Origin: Botryllus schlosseri
Lineage: Eukaryota
Assembly (NCBI GenBank): GCA_051294905.1
Contig: CM119372.1
Coordinates: 27,654,001-27,718,000 of the forward strand
DNA length: 64,000 nucleotides
Direction of reading: 5' to 3'
The notes under the pieces are model-generated. The model had not been told where the DNA came from. It ran no database searches and was given only the letters and a program-made list of their open reading frames with translations. Within the stretch, counting starts at the first letter, position 1. The number at the start of each line of letters is the position of its first letter. The position numbers were made by a program, and so were the translations under genes. Shown here piece by piece: positions 1 to 12,102 of this stretch.

Positions 1-11
1 AGCTTCAGAAA

Positions 12-578
12 GTGAGTTGGGATGAGATCGGGTCCTACTGGGATGTGTACATTCATCTACCTTGGATTGGCCCGGTTTCTTATCGATTTGAGAAACAGAT
101 CACTTCAGCAGTCCATCGCTGTTATCCAGCGGTGAAAACCAATGTTGTTTTTACCACGATACCAATGTTTCCTGCAGTCCGAAAGGACGTTCTCCCGGCT
201 TTACAACAAAGTAACGTCATTTATGAATTCAAGTGCCACTGCGATTGTCGGTACGTAGGGAGAACTTCCAAACGGTTGCAGGACCGAATTAAAGAACACA
301 TCCCACCGTCTGTCAAATCATATATCTCGAAATCGCAGCATAACAATCCGCTTGTTCTAGAACATAACCAGGCCATGAGTCAAAAATCTTCTATTGGCAA
401 ACATTTACTAGAAAATCATACGTGTGCTGCTAACTACCACGAGGACATGTTCTATGTATTGGCTAAGGGTCGCAATTTATTTCATTTGTCTGTTCTTGAG
501 TCCACCATCATCATTATGAGTAAACCTAGTTTATGCCAACAGAAAGAATTTGTGTATCATTTGAAAATCGCGCATTAA
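12..578 (+). CDS. Penelope-like retroelement ORF, C-terminal part (linker + GIY-YIG endonuclease); 5' part missing or outside the window
   Basis: VYIHLPWIG linker, then VIYEFKCHCDCRYVGRTSKRLQDRIKEH (GIY-YIG with CxC), SSIGKHLLENH and LESTIIIMSKPSLC: the motif order of Penelope/Poseidon endonucleases. The RT domain is not in the window. Confidence 0.92.
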   Translation: MSWDEIGSYWDVYIHLPWIGPVSYRFEKQITSAVHRCYPAVKTNVVFTTIPMFPAVRKDVLPALQQSNVIYEFKCHCDCRYVGRTSKRLQDRIKEHIPPSVKSYISKSQHNNPLVLEHNQAMSQKSSIGKHLLENHTCAANYHEDMFYVLAKGRNLFHLSVLESTIIIMSKPSLCQQKEFVYHLKIAH

Positions 579-720
579 CTTGTTTGGCTTCGCTATCTCC
601 ATGCCAACGCCTCAGTTCTCTCGTTTTCCTAACTTTGTATATTTTCTGTGTGCCGTCATAATTAGCGATATATATTGTTGCTGAACATAGTTATTCGAAT
701 TCTCGCATTATTGCTGACGA

Positions 721-760
721 TATTCCCCTGACGAGCGTCAGCCGAAAAGCTTCGGGAATA
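721..760 (+). ncRNA. Minimal type I hammerhead ribozyme in the Penelope 3' (pLTR) region
   Basis: Stem I TATTCCC (721-727) / GGGAATA (754-760); core CTGACGA (728-734); short stem II 735-743; GAAA (744-747); palindromic stem III AAGCTT (747-752); TC cleavage site at 752-753; overlaps AATAAA (757-762). Confidence 0.88.
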
Positions 761-1928
761 AATATGAATATTTTATTCACAGCTACTTGCAATATTTTAG
801 ACACACCGTAGTGCAACACTTATATAACAAATCCCCGTTTTTTTTGGTGTAACATATAAGTGTTTTTCTGGTGCGCATTTGGTATTTGAGAACGTTCTTT
901 AAAAATTTGGAGTAGGTTCCAGATCCGCTTCAGCGACATCAACATTCTTGGTTATTGCTGACATATCGCAAAGCTTGTCAGATAAGATTTGCATAATGCA
1001 ATCTCGCAACTAATCCTCGATTGGCATATTTTTATAGTATCATAATTTTGGCAAGTATAGAAAATCATTCACATTCTAAGAAAACATGCACGGACCATCG
1101 TCGACTTGTTGGTACCCTAATAGAATACTGCCTTTCAACCTGGCCAATAATATCCCCCTGGTTTTGTTTCGTTATTACATTCAACCGTCACTGCTTTCTT
1201 GTTTGTGTTGTTTCTGAAGGAAACAGCCTTCTTCGATTTTCACACGCTGTTCGCTGTGGGATATAATACCTAATTCGAAACATTTTGTTGTAAATAACCA
1301 CAGCATGCGTGACGGTAGTGCTTTAACGGGAATATGGTGATCTAAAAGTACGCGCAATTCGTTTTACATGAATCATAATAGCTCACTACAGTTATGAAAA
1401 CATATGCAGTAAACATCGTCGCGTATAGCGCAACCAAAAATTTCGGTATGTTACATGTTTTGAGCAACGTTGATTACTTGCTCTGAATGCTCATTAAAGA
1501 TTTGTCCTACTAACGTATCATCTACTGCGAAACCATTTGTCTTCAGCGACCTCCATATCGCCCCCTGACCGTTTCCGTGCCTAGGGGGCGCTAGAGGCAA
1601 GGTCAGGAACCACTGGCGTATAGTGATTATCGTTGGTTGATTAGGAGCTGTGTGCTTCATCATCTATATGTTGATTGGGCGTCGCCTCTCCAGGTCGGTT
1701 GGTTTGCTGTATATACGTTGTTGGATACGTTGCGTTATGTGTGGTCGCTATAGAGTCACTAACTTGTGTTTTTATCGTGCAGGCTTGTCTCTATATCTAA
1801 CTCCAACATCATGCAGGCTATCACTATTTTAAAACCTAATTTCACGATCCAGTTTAATTTGCTGAATTTGGACATTCCTTCGTTACATCAGTTATAGCAA
1901 TACATATCATTTATACCTTCATCTAGAT

Positions 1929-2320
1929 TAGTGGTTCCCAAATGGTGGGGAACTCCCCAGTGGTGGAGAATTCTATGAGTTTTGATTGGGAATAGACGGA
2001 TTTGTTCAAAATTATATACAATTACCGTCAATTACCGTCACCAGTTAACCGCTCTGGGATGTATGCATCGAGAATTATATAGCGTGTTGTTCACAAAACT
2101 ATATGGCCAGTCATGGCGTCACAAATGCATCCAGCACGACTAGTTTGACGTGAAATAACGCTTTTGCGAAATTCTGAGCGTTACTGGTATCGGTTCACAA
2201 TACGTTGCAGTTAACGCCGATTGTCTTGCGCGTATACTGGTGTGGTTGTGTCTCTTGTGTAGTCACATCAGCAGATGGCTGCTCTGTGATGACAAAAGTG
2301 CTGGGTAGTGGGGAGCAGGA
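1929..2320. mobile_element. hAT-type MITE, left part; same family as 10996-11424
   Basis: Begins TAGTGGTTCCCAA; body aligns by eye with 10996-11390. Confidence 0.65.
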
Positions 2321-2766
2321 CCGTAAATGCCACACCCCGAACCCCTAATTGGGGGGAGCTCGAAGAGGCTCAAAATTATTTCGTGAATTAACATAAATTA
2401 AAGTATTTTTTGGAAATTTATGCCACTTTATCAAAAAATTTTCGCGCAAGGTGCATGCTTATTTAGTGTTGATTTTTTTATGCTGCCAGTGCCATGCATA
2501 GAGTGGCCCGCTGTTGAAAGACAATAAATTTCAACCAAAGATACTACAATGAAGTGAAAATTGTAATGTATAAAAAAGTTCACAGCACAGAACCTACAAA
2601 GGTTTGTTCGCGAACGTGAACCTCTAAATTTCTGAGGTTCACAACACACACAGAACGCGAACGTGAACCTCACGTCGAACACTTTACGGCGAGTTTTGTA
2701 AAGTAGATATATAACCTTTCTTCTCTGATGTACAAAAGACTTTAACACTATTTGGATTTTGTAGAG

Positions 2767-3892
2767 CACGGGTGGGCAAACTATGGCCCGCGGGCCGCAT
2801 GCGACTCTCCACACCGTTCTGTGCGGCAGGCGAGAGTCTAAATAAAATTATTAAAAAATATTGATAAAATGCGTACTAAAAATCGAATTAATGCAGATAC
2901 TTAATCAAATTTTTCTTAGTATATTTCATCATGATAATTCTAAGGCAGTGGTTCTCAAAACTGGGGGCGTGAAAGCATCTAAAGGGGGGCGCGAAGCTGA
3001 GCTCAACTTAAAAATATTTTCGCGATCCACGCGATTTACTTCCCGTTCATAATTATTGCTCGGTATTGAATTTCATGTTTCAAATTCTCTCATCCACAGT
3101 CATAACCTTCCATGCAATCATATGCTATTCGCTAGGTTTGCGAGCATCCTGGTTGCGTTTTGTGATATGACGATAAGGGGGATGCGAAATATGTTACCAT
3201 CATATGGGGGAGGGGGCGTGATGTCTTAAAAAGTGTGACTACCACTGTTCTAAGGTAAATACTTCCTATATCGTTTTTTATGTTTAATTTCTGGAGCGAC
3301 GACCAGATCTCAAAGCCCACCCAAAAGGTTTTAACTGCTAAACATCACAGAAATCCTAAACGAGATTGACATAATTCGGATCACGAATATGATTTCAGAT
3401 TGGCCACTCCAGTTTCAGTTATTTCAGTGATGTGTTCATAAAAAACGATTCGCGCATGTCTTGGGTAGACTCGTTCTCTGCATGCGCATAATTAGGGTAT
3501 TTATACTCTATCTACACATACTAGAAGCGTGTTTGAAGCTAACATGATTATGATGCTGCCAGCATTGCTTGTCCTGCAACAGATCTCTGCTCACAGATTT
3601 AAATTTTAATCCTGTTCTAAGAACCGACTTTCATCTCTATAGTTTTGACAAATTGGTGATTGGGTAAGACTAGCCTATGACATGTCGCCACTGCTTCGGA
3701 CGCATGTACGATATCATCAAAGCAATATTTGGGTTGTTTTAAATAAGCATACATATTATCTCCATGTCCTCATTATATTATTAAATACCGATATTGCGTT
3801 TTGGTTAATATTCCAAATTTTACATGGTGCGACCCGCGAATGGATTCAGATGTTGAATGCGGCCTGCGAGTTGAAAACTTTGCCCATCCCAG
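2767..3892. mobile_element. hAT (Charlie-like) MITE with a nested MITE at 2946-3247
   Basis: Outer ends CACGGGTGGGCAAA...TTTGCCCATCCCAG with degenerate TSD TTGTAGAG/TTGTTAAG. Inner element CAGTGGTT...TACCACTG has exact TSD TTCTAAGG. Confidence 0.8.
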
Positions 3893-6045
3893 TTGTTAAG
3901 TATATACTAATTTTACTACACGGCATCGAATTTTATAAAGTTGAAAGAAACTACTTTTTTTTCAATGTATTAAAGACTTTACACTATCAATTTTGTAAAA
4001 TGAATGCTATCTTATCAAGCTATCAAACAATTTTAGCTTAATTTTGTAAAGTAGATACAAAAAAATACACTTCTTCAATGTACCAACGACTTTTACGCTA
4101 TGGATTCTATACAATATATACTAATTCTATTATACCGCGTCGGATTTTCCAGAGTAGAATGATATTATTTTTCCCGGTGTAATAAATACTGTTAACATAC
4201 AAGTTTTCCAGAATTCATGCTAAACTTTTATTCGTCCCCTGAGCTTGAAATGTTGTTAAGTTAGAATGTTCTTGACTCTCGTTTTCGACATAAGGTGCTC
4301 AAATTTGTGGAAGCGCTCAGAGACGTTAAGTAAAGAAATACTTGTTTTTACCTACATGCACCAACTACTCGAATGTTTTAAGATTATTTTTGTATTAAGC
4401 AAAAATAGACCCGAAATACCAACTTCTACCCATGCTATTTTATACGCATGAACAAAGAAAAGTCACTTTTACAATGAATCGGCTTGGTTATTACAACATT
4501 CCTCTAGCCCGCGTTATGAGGCTGTGGTCTCATCCTGAGCTGTGTCTCGATGCCCGGGACCAGACATGGGGTAATCGCGATTAGTAATCGTAATCGATTA
4601 CGACGATTACAGCATTTTGAAGTAATCGTAATCGCAATCGATTACATTCGGAAAAAATCCGAAGTAATCGTAATCGTAATCGACTACTTCCCATATGTAA
4701 TCGATTTCTTGGTGAAAGAACGATTACTTTTTGTTTGTACAAGGACTATGACACAAACTGAATATTCGTGGACAAGAATGAGATAATATACCACGTTAAC
4801 GATAGCACAAACGTCTGATTTTCAAACACCACTACTCATTCTTACGTCAGAAGTATTAGCTCCGCTCGTCAATGCGTAAGAAGTATCCACACATAGTAAA
4901 CAGACATGCGATGGACATTGTAGTGTGATTGTAAGAACACCCCGTGGTGTATATCGAGTTATCAGTACACTACAGACGCCCCTACCTCGCAGCAGGATAT
5001 TGATCACCATTCTGCCTATAAATTTCAAATAGTAACTTATGTATTGATGTTTAGTTGTTCTTAGTTAAACGCAGTTTTACCGTTGCTGCTTGGCGAGCAG
5101 TACGCCTATGTACGCACGTACGTCGTACATCTGACAAAGATTCGGAATTTTGTACTCGTCGAATAAAACATTGCAGTTTCCACAACGAAGCATTACAAAT
5201 AAACAGCTGCTGATATATATCATAATCGAGCCGTGCTCAGCCGTTTCTCGTAACAGCAGCTTGCAGTATATGTATTAAGTTGAAGGCAGAATTTTTATGT
5301 TCACTATATCTTATTCTCATATAGCTACTTGAAACGGGCGCCAATCGTTATTTCACAGTTCGTTACTCGGCATTTGGACATGTCGCCATAACCATCCGCT
5401 TATATAGCCTGACATATTAGCGTGGGTTGTAGCTAGAATCAGAACCATAACAACAATTCGTCCCCCAGTCCAACCGTTGGTCAATTTTCAAAACTGAATT
5501 TCGTCAATAATATTGGTAATTGCATTATATTACTATTCATTTTAACCTCTCTCAGCCCCGAGTGTCAAATTTACCTGTAGAACTGGGGTACGTAATTCAT
5601 AAGTAAAGCATCTGGTATGTTGTTATAATTACTTTATTGTATGTTGTTAATTCGTGACCTCCAGTCTGTTGTAGAATGATAAGATATCGTACTCGCCAAA
5701 TAGTAGCAGACTAAAAGAATATCTTTCGTGAGACGCGCACACAAATTTTCATGGCTTTATTCCTTTGTGAATGCGCCGGGTCGCATTTGCATTGTGGGCT
5801 CAGATTGGAAGGACAGGACTTATTAGTCACGCCCACCCAGCGCGGCTATTGACAATGGATGAACACCCTAAGCTTCGGTCAAGGTATTTCATTGGTATCA
5901 CATCCCGTGGAGTTGCGTGTTGGTGTGTTGTGAGATCGTGGCGCGGTAATGACCGGCTCCGAAATGCCTGTTCCCATAAAATAGCCTATGCATGTTTTTT
6001 CTTGAGGGGGGAGGTATGCATTTCAAATCCAGCTATCTACTGGAG

Positions 6046-6527
6046 TAGGGGTCAGCAACCGTTTTGAAACAAAAAGCTACTTCTAGTGTAATGTGTACTG
6101 ATTATTGCGACGACCGACGGTTTACCGCCTACTCCCGCCGTTTATCCGAGCTCAGTTGGATTTCTTCACTTAGAGTAAGACAATCAGAGCACTGGGCCGG
6201 GTTTCCGCCCCTTACCAAGAACAAAAACTGCTCACTCGCCGGGACTCACACCAGCTCCTCCGGGCTCGATTGCGTTGCTGCAGTGCGCGCCGAAGCGCCA
6301 ATCTCCGCGTCGAGACTCGGGAATATTAACTATAGATTACCGTTGAGCCGCCGCGTGGGCGAAGACGAGCAATGCCCCGAGCGACTGCGTTCGTATATTC
6401 CTTGGGGTCGGCCGACCCACGTTCAACTGCTGCTCATATGAAGCCAGCTTCAACTTTCAAATCTCTCATTTGGATATTTGCTACAGCGACCGCGGGCGAC
6501 TCATTTGGTCCGCGTTGGTGACCCCTG
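6046..6527. mobile_element. hAT MITE carrying 28S rRNA-derived sequence
   Basis: Ends TAGGGGTCAGCAAC / GTTGGTGACCCCTG; degenerate TSD TACTGGAG/TATTAGAG; nested in 4561-7028. Confidence 0.75.
6130..6484 (-). pseudogene. Two decayed, non-contiguous 28S (LSU) rRNA fragments
   Basis: 6130-6197 (TACTCCCGCCGTTTA...ATTTCTTCACTT...TCAGAGCACTGGGC) and 6209-6484 (...GACCCACGTTCAACTGCTGCTCATATG...CATTTGGATATTTGCTAC) match the reverse complement of conserved eukaryotic 28S segments, with many substitutions. Confidence 0.85.
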
Positions 6528-7959
6528 TATTAGAGACATTTGAATCGCGAAGCTCGAAGAACATTTTCAAGAATTAATGAAATTCTCGAAAATACTCTAT
6601 AATTTATGTTGGTTTACGAAATATTTGATTCCCCATGCTCCCCACCCTATTAAGGAATTTAGGGTGCGGCAGATAAAGACCTGGCAATAATTCAAATCGT
6701 TGGGTGCGATAAATCATCCCCTATAAAGTTGGGCAATTGGTATATTATGACGTAATAAGCAAATGACGCATGATGTATGAAGAGAGTTGATATCCCATTA
6801 AGCCTTTTCATCGCAATCCTTGTATTCTCTTCCAATATATCATTTAAGATTATAGTCCTAAGAAGCAGAACAAATGTAATCGTAAGTAATCGTGATTACT
6901 TTTGCAATGTAATCGTAATCGTAATCGGCTACTTCCTGATTTTGCTGTAATCGTAATCGTAATCGCGTGATTCTGAAGTAATCGTAATCGCAATCGATTA
7001 CATTCATGAAGTAATCACCCCATGTCTGCCCGGGACTCTGTAAATTGTTTCGATTTATTCTTCCCGTCTTAATTTAACATATGGACGCTACTAAATTTCT
7101 AGTCAAGTACCAGAAGTGGTGATTTCCGAGCGAGTCAAAAATAGGTATGGAAGATTTAGTTTATTGCCTAAAAACTGAAAACTCTGAACTACGAGTAGAT
7201 GCATTGTATAAAGAAAATCACTTGATTAAGTATAGTGCAAGCAGGCAAAACCTGTCTGAGTAACCTACTCCAAAATGTAGAGGTACTTGGCTATCGAGTC
7301 CCTCCCCATAAAAAGTGTCTCACGATTTCGACTATACTTTAACTAATACTTAATAGTTTCAGTTTTAGATTAAATTCGAAATAAAACACTATGGCTCATT
7401 CACCTATTTGGAAATCTCTCCTTTAACCTATACTTGAGTGGATCAAGTGAATCTCATTTAATAATAATTCCACTGGTATACTTGACTATATTTTACAACT
7501 TACATAACACCATGCAGCAAAATTCTGCAAAAGTTTTAGTTGGCTAATAATATTCATGTATTGTGTGTCAGTATTCCAAACTGATTACCAAAATACCAAA
7601 AGTTTTCCTGAATAGTCCCAAATTTTGAAGAAATGTCCATTTCTCTAATTTAAATTTTACTCATAATTGCTCCGTATTAATCACAATAATCCTTTATTGC
7701 ACGTAAGAAAACGCTACCGAAAAGGATTATATATGAACAAATATGGATGACTCATACATCAGGTATCAAATCAACACTTTGAAAATGGACAGAAGTGGTC
7801 TTGTTTGCGTAACTTGCGTCTGTGAAATGAGAAATATCCTCTACTATGGACCAAAAATATCACCATTTAACAAAATATTGCAAAATTCTAGTTGAGTAAA
7901 AGTTTTATGTATTGTGTTTTGCTATTCCAAACCAATCACTAAAATACACAAATTTCTGA

Positions 7960-9040
7960 AGTGGTTTTGTTTGCATGATTTGGGTCTATGAACCGAGAAA
8001 TCTGCTGGTATAATGGACCGCAAATAATCCCCAATCATGATGCAACTACACTAAACCACCATTGGTCTATTTTTTCCAAACCATACATATCCTGCTGAAG
8101 CATATCACTATGTTCCTCGCTTTCATCACCCTGAACTAATAAAATGAAGGTGAAAGTGTTGTAATGCGTTTCAAGGACATACCTCATTATATATTTTTTC
8201 GTACATCTCATTAGTGTTGTTTACCGAGGTTTATATTCATTGCTTCGTTCATTTCCAACAAAATTTTCAACTACATCTCGAAATGCCTTGAAGGCCCCTG
8301 CTTCTCTTATTGACAAGTGCTTTACAAGAGATTGCCAACATTCCCGCATAAGCAAGGAGAACCTGACACAGGAAAAAAACGTGAAAATCGTTCATGCCCT
8401 TTTCTCGACGAAGGATCGATATCGACGCGATGAATGCAACAAGTTCCCTAGTTTCAACCTGAGTCAGAATTTCAGCATTTGATTTAGCGAGTCCTAATTA
8501 AATAATTTTAAGTTCGTTTCAGTTCGGAAAATATTGTTCTGGGTTTATTTCTATATGAGAGATGTTGAAGTCGTCATTGGATACCTTTTCTGTATCTTTG
8601 AGCCCTGTCGAGTAATCTGGATCTTTTTTGCTGATAGTTTGGGTAGTGATAACTTACTGCAATACGGAACAGGTGCTTGAAAGGAGAAAGCATAGAAAGA
8701 TATGCAATGTCAAGTCGTTATTTCATTATTTTGAACCTCGGAATGTCACCCATACCTAAAAAACATATATAAAGTTTCTAATTTCCCTCCAGATTATTCA
8801 ATAGCAAATGACATTAAATGCCGATCTCCTTAGAGCCATCATCCATCAATATTTCATCGGAATGTTTCGCAAATTACATGAAATGTCAAGTTTTTATTTT
8901 TGTCTCCAATTTTCATGCAAATGTGAAGTTAATAACTATAAAAAACCTTACTTCTATATATATTTCGTACTTCACTTATTTCAAATTGATATACAGACCA
9001 CAGATATATCAAAAAGAGCCACCAGGCAGATTACATATGT
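7960..9040 (-). pseudogene. Chapaev3-type (CMC) transposase remnant, internally deleted
   Basis: Frameshifted motifs in order: SF*YICGLYI, MKIGDKNK..HVIC, MSFAI/IWRE, APVPYC, LGLAKSNAEILT, then a jump to AFKAFRDVVENFVGN, MSLK, SEEHSDMLQQD, MIGDY, QNHF. Matches the remembered Chapaev3 transposase layout. Confidence 0.82.
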
Positions 9041-9199
9041 GATGCTGATATTATTCGTGAGATTATATTTACTAGATCCACAATCTGTGCATTAACAGAG
9101 TAACACGAAAAGGAATTTGAGATTTCTTGCTGTAGCCAATACTGACTAACAGACTCAGAATAAGACTGCTACTAACAAGCAACTATTATGAATTGAATG

Positions 9200-9423
9200 A
9201 TGGATCAATGTCGCTTGCGTCTTCTCTTATACTCTCTGCATTATTTTTCATTCAGTGTGCAGTGCATGCTTCTTATTTGCTTCGCCTAGGGCCTAGGCTA
9301 AGGTGGGTGTCTGATCTTAATGGCTACTCCAAGTTGTTTCGACACCTTCCTATCTTTTCATTGTATCGCAGTCTTGTGATGTTTTGAAACGATGAAAATA
9401 TTAATAAACCTGATTGATAGATT
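9200..9423 (+). repeat. 3' end of a non-LTR retroposon; second, inverted copy at ~17895-18100
   Basis: Both loci share TTTCGACACCTTCCTATCTTT..CATTGTATCGCAG; ends in AATAAAC plus a short TGAT-type tail. Confidence 0.55.
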
Positions 9424-10017
9424 GTGGCGTCACAGTTAAAAAAGGCGCTTGAAAAACGAGGTGCGGGAAGATAAAAAAGCTTTAAAAAGTATTTTTAAAC
9501 GATACCTGAGACAAAACAATACCGAAATATGTTTTATCAAGGTATATGGAATAGGAAATATCAAATAAATCGGCTCAACTAAATTTTTGTTTCATGATAA
9601 TTAATTTACGCTATATTTGAAGTCTGTCAAATAGCAGTATATGTTACGGTGACCTCATATTCGCTACGTCGAGCTCGTTCTCCTTGATCAACTTGGCTAA
9701 CGATATCCATTCGTCGACCTCGTCAGTGATAGGCTTGAAAATTGGAACAGGTATACAGATGACATTATAGCGATAGGGAGTTACGGCAGTAAACAAGCTA
9801 CCTTACGACACCAACTTTCCTTAATTATCCACCTTCAAATATCATGTTCTACAAATACTGTGTATATGGAACAAACAGAAATATGGTTATGTTGTTGCTA
9901 TTTACAAAATTACTTCGCTCTGTAAGCAAATTCGCGTGAATTCCAAACGGCTAAATATGCAAATGAGGAAAGTTTCATCAACGTGTGTTAACTTCCAGTA
10001 TCATGTAGCCTACCTAC

Positions 10018-10840
10018 TCATTTAGTGGTAGTTGCAGACGGAACAGTGGTGGTTTCAGAATCTGTTGTTGTCGGCGTAAATGAGGGGGTTGCAAACGGAT
10101 AGGTGGTGCTTTCAGAATCTGTTTTTGTCGGCGGAAATGAGGGGGTTGCAGACGAATCAGTGGTGGCTACGGAGGCAACAGTGGTGGTTTCAGAATCTGT
10201 TGTTGTCGGCCTAAATGAGGAGGTTGCAGACGAATCCATGGTGGTTGTAAATGGAACAGTGGTGGTTTCGGAATCTGTTGTTGTCGGCGTAAGTGAAGGG
10301 GTTGCAGACGAGACAGCGGTGGTTCCAGAATCTATTGTTGTCGGCGTAAGTGAGGGGGTTGCAGACGAAACAGCGGTGGTTGTAGACGCAACAGGGATGG
10401 TTTCAGAATCTGTTGTTGTCGGCGTAAGTGAGGGCGTTGAAGACGTAACAAAGGTGGTTGTAGGCGGAACAGTGGTGGCTGCAGACGGGACAGTGGTGGT
10501 TTCAAAATCTGTTGTTGTCGGCGTAAGTGAGGGCGTTGAAGACGTAACAAAGGTGGTTGTAGGCGGAACAGTGGTGGTTGCAGACGGAACAGTGGTTGTT
10601 TCATAATCTGTTGTAGTCGGCGTAAATGAGACGGTTGCAGACGAATCAGTGGCGGTTGCAGACGGAACAGTAGTGGTTGTAGAATCTGTTGTTTTTGCCG
10701 TAAATGAGGGGGTTACAGACGAAACAGCGGTGTTTGAAAACGCAACAGCGGTGGCTTCAGAATATGTTGTTGTTGGCGTAAAAGAGGTGGTTGCAGGCTT
10801 TGTGGCTTGGTCCGTTGCATACGTATCTTCTGGGCAAGTC
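10018..10840 (-). CDS. Host exon encoding a mucin-like Thr/Ser/Pro-rich repeat region (273 aa, ends in TGA)
   Basis: Acceptor TATTTTTTAG immediately before 10840; phase-2 start G|ACT TGC CCA GAA; open frame TCPEDTYATDQATKPATTSFTPTTTYSE... then about ten variable repeats of TTTDSETTTVPSATTT.SSATPS(F/L)TP, ending TTTK*. Confidence 0.8.
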
Positions 10841-11574
10841 CTAAAAAATATACGTCTTATCTAATCGACTGAGCAATTGGTATTATCAACTGTATGTCAA
10901 CGCTCAAAATATATTAAGAAAGTCACATTTCATTGGGAAAATGCTGGTTCGGAGCCGATGCTGCATTTGCTTGTGTCGGAGATAAGGATTTAGATCAGTG
11001 GTTCCCAACCGGTCGGGAGTTCAATGGTTTTTGGTTGGGAATAGACGCATTTGTTAAACATTATATACAGGATAGTATACATATTTACGGACACACATGC
11101 AAGATTACCGTTACCATTCAACTGCTCTGGAATGTATGTATCGAAAATTATATTGCGTGTTGTTCACAAAAACACATTTTGACCACTAGATAATCAATAA
11201 CGCCGTCACAAACGCATCCAGTCCGACCAGTATGTCTTGAAACAACTTTTTCGCTCAATTTTGAGAGTTACTGGAATCGGTTCGCAATAGTTTTATGATG
11301 CAGTTATCGCGATCGGCTTGCGTACTGGCGTGGTTGTGTGTCTTGTGTGTTTAAACTAGCAAATAGTTTTGGGTAGTGCGGAATGAAGACTCGGAATAAA
11401 TCTGAAGTGGGGAATGAAAACAAAAGTAGTATAGGTTTGGGGATATGGGCGCATTCAAGCTATTTTAATAAAGCAACGAACTTCTCTAATATAATAAAGA
11501 AACAAAGGATACCGGACTTGCGCATTTTGCAGAAATGCCGAGGGTGCTTCCCCGCGTGACCGATTGCTGCAAGC

Positions 11575-11773
11575 TTTTGTTTTGGTGTATTCATGGTGTT
11601 TGTCGACTACTATGGTCATTTACACCAGGCCGATATTCTTCTTATTTTCCGTGACTGTCGACTTATAGCACGGCCCACCTCTAGGCTTTTGTGAGACACC
11701 GATGACGCGGATGAGGTGGCGAGGAGAAGCCTAGGTAAACCTACGACACTTAGGTATCGGAATTCGGAAGTCG
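11575..11773 (-). mobile_element. 5'-truncated tRNA-derived SINE
   Basis: TSD GATTGCTGCAAG (11562-11573, 11774-11785); absent from the right arm (empty site 24847-24859); body matches 54118-54387. Confidence 0.88.
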
Positions 11774-12102
11774 GATTGCTGCAAGTGGTCTGATCGATAA
11801 ATTATGTGGCTGACTGGGCTGATTTCCGATGTAAATGAGTTTGATCTAATTATATTTCTAGCGTCATTTTCGAGGCTGGAAAATAGCGTGACTCGCTATC
11901 AGAGTTGGATCAATTGTAATTTTTAATTGAGCTGAATGTAATTAATACATTTTTCAATATAATTGTAATGTAATTGAAATTGAAGCATTTTTATTTTGTG
12001 TAATTGTAATTAAAATTTGACAAAAATTTTGCTCAATTGCAATTTCAATTACATTAAATTGCTATTGAGACCTGACAAGCACAACATGAAATAATTGACT
12101 TT

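Larger units (their letters stand above)
4561..7028. mobile_element. Non-autonomous hAT element with (GTAATC)n subterminal repeats
   Basis: TIR CAGACATGGG / CCCATGTCTG; exact 8-bp TSD CCCGGGAC (4553-4560, 7029-7036). Confidence 0.92.

Noticed and set aside
6130..6484. Functional rRNA gene
   Set aside because: Short, discontinuous, heavily mutated and enclosed in a MITE.
10103..10864. Val-rich + strand ORFs (10103-10606, 10649-10864) and the Gln/Pro/Arg minus ORF 10332-10604
   Set aside because: Antisense and alternative-frame shadows of the Thr-rich exon, which is the only frame I found open end to end and has a splice acceptor.
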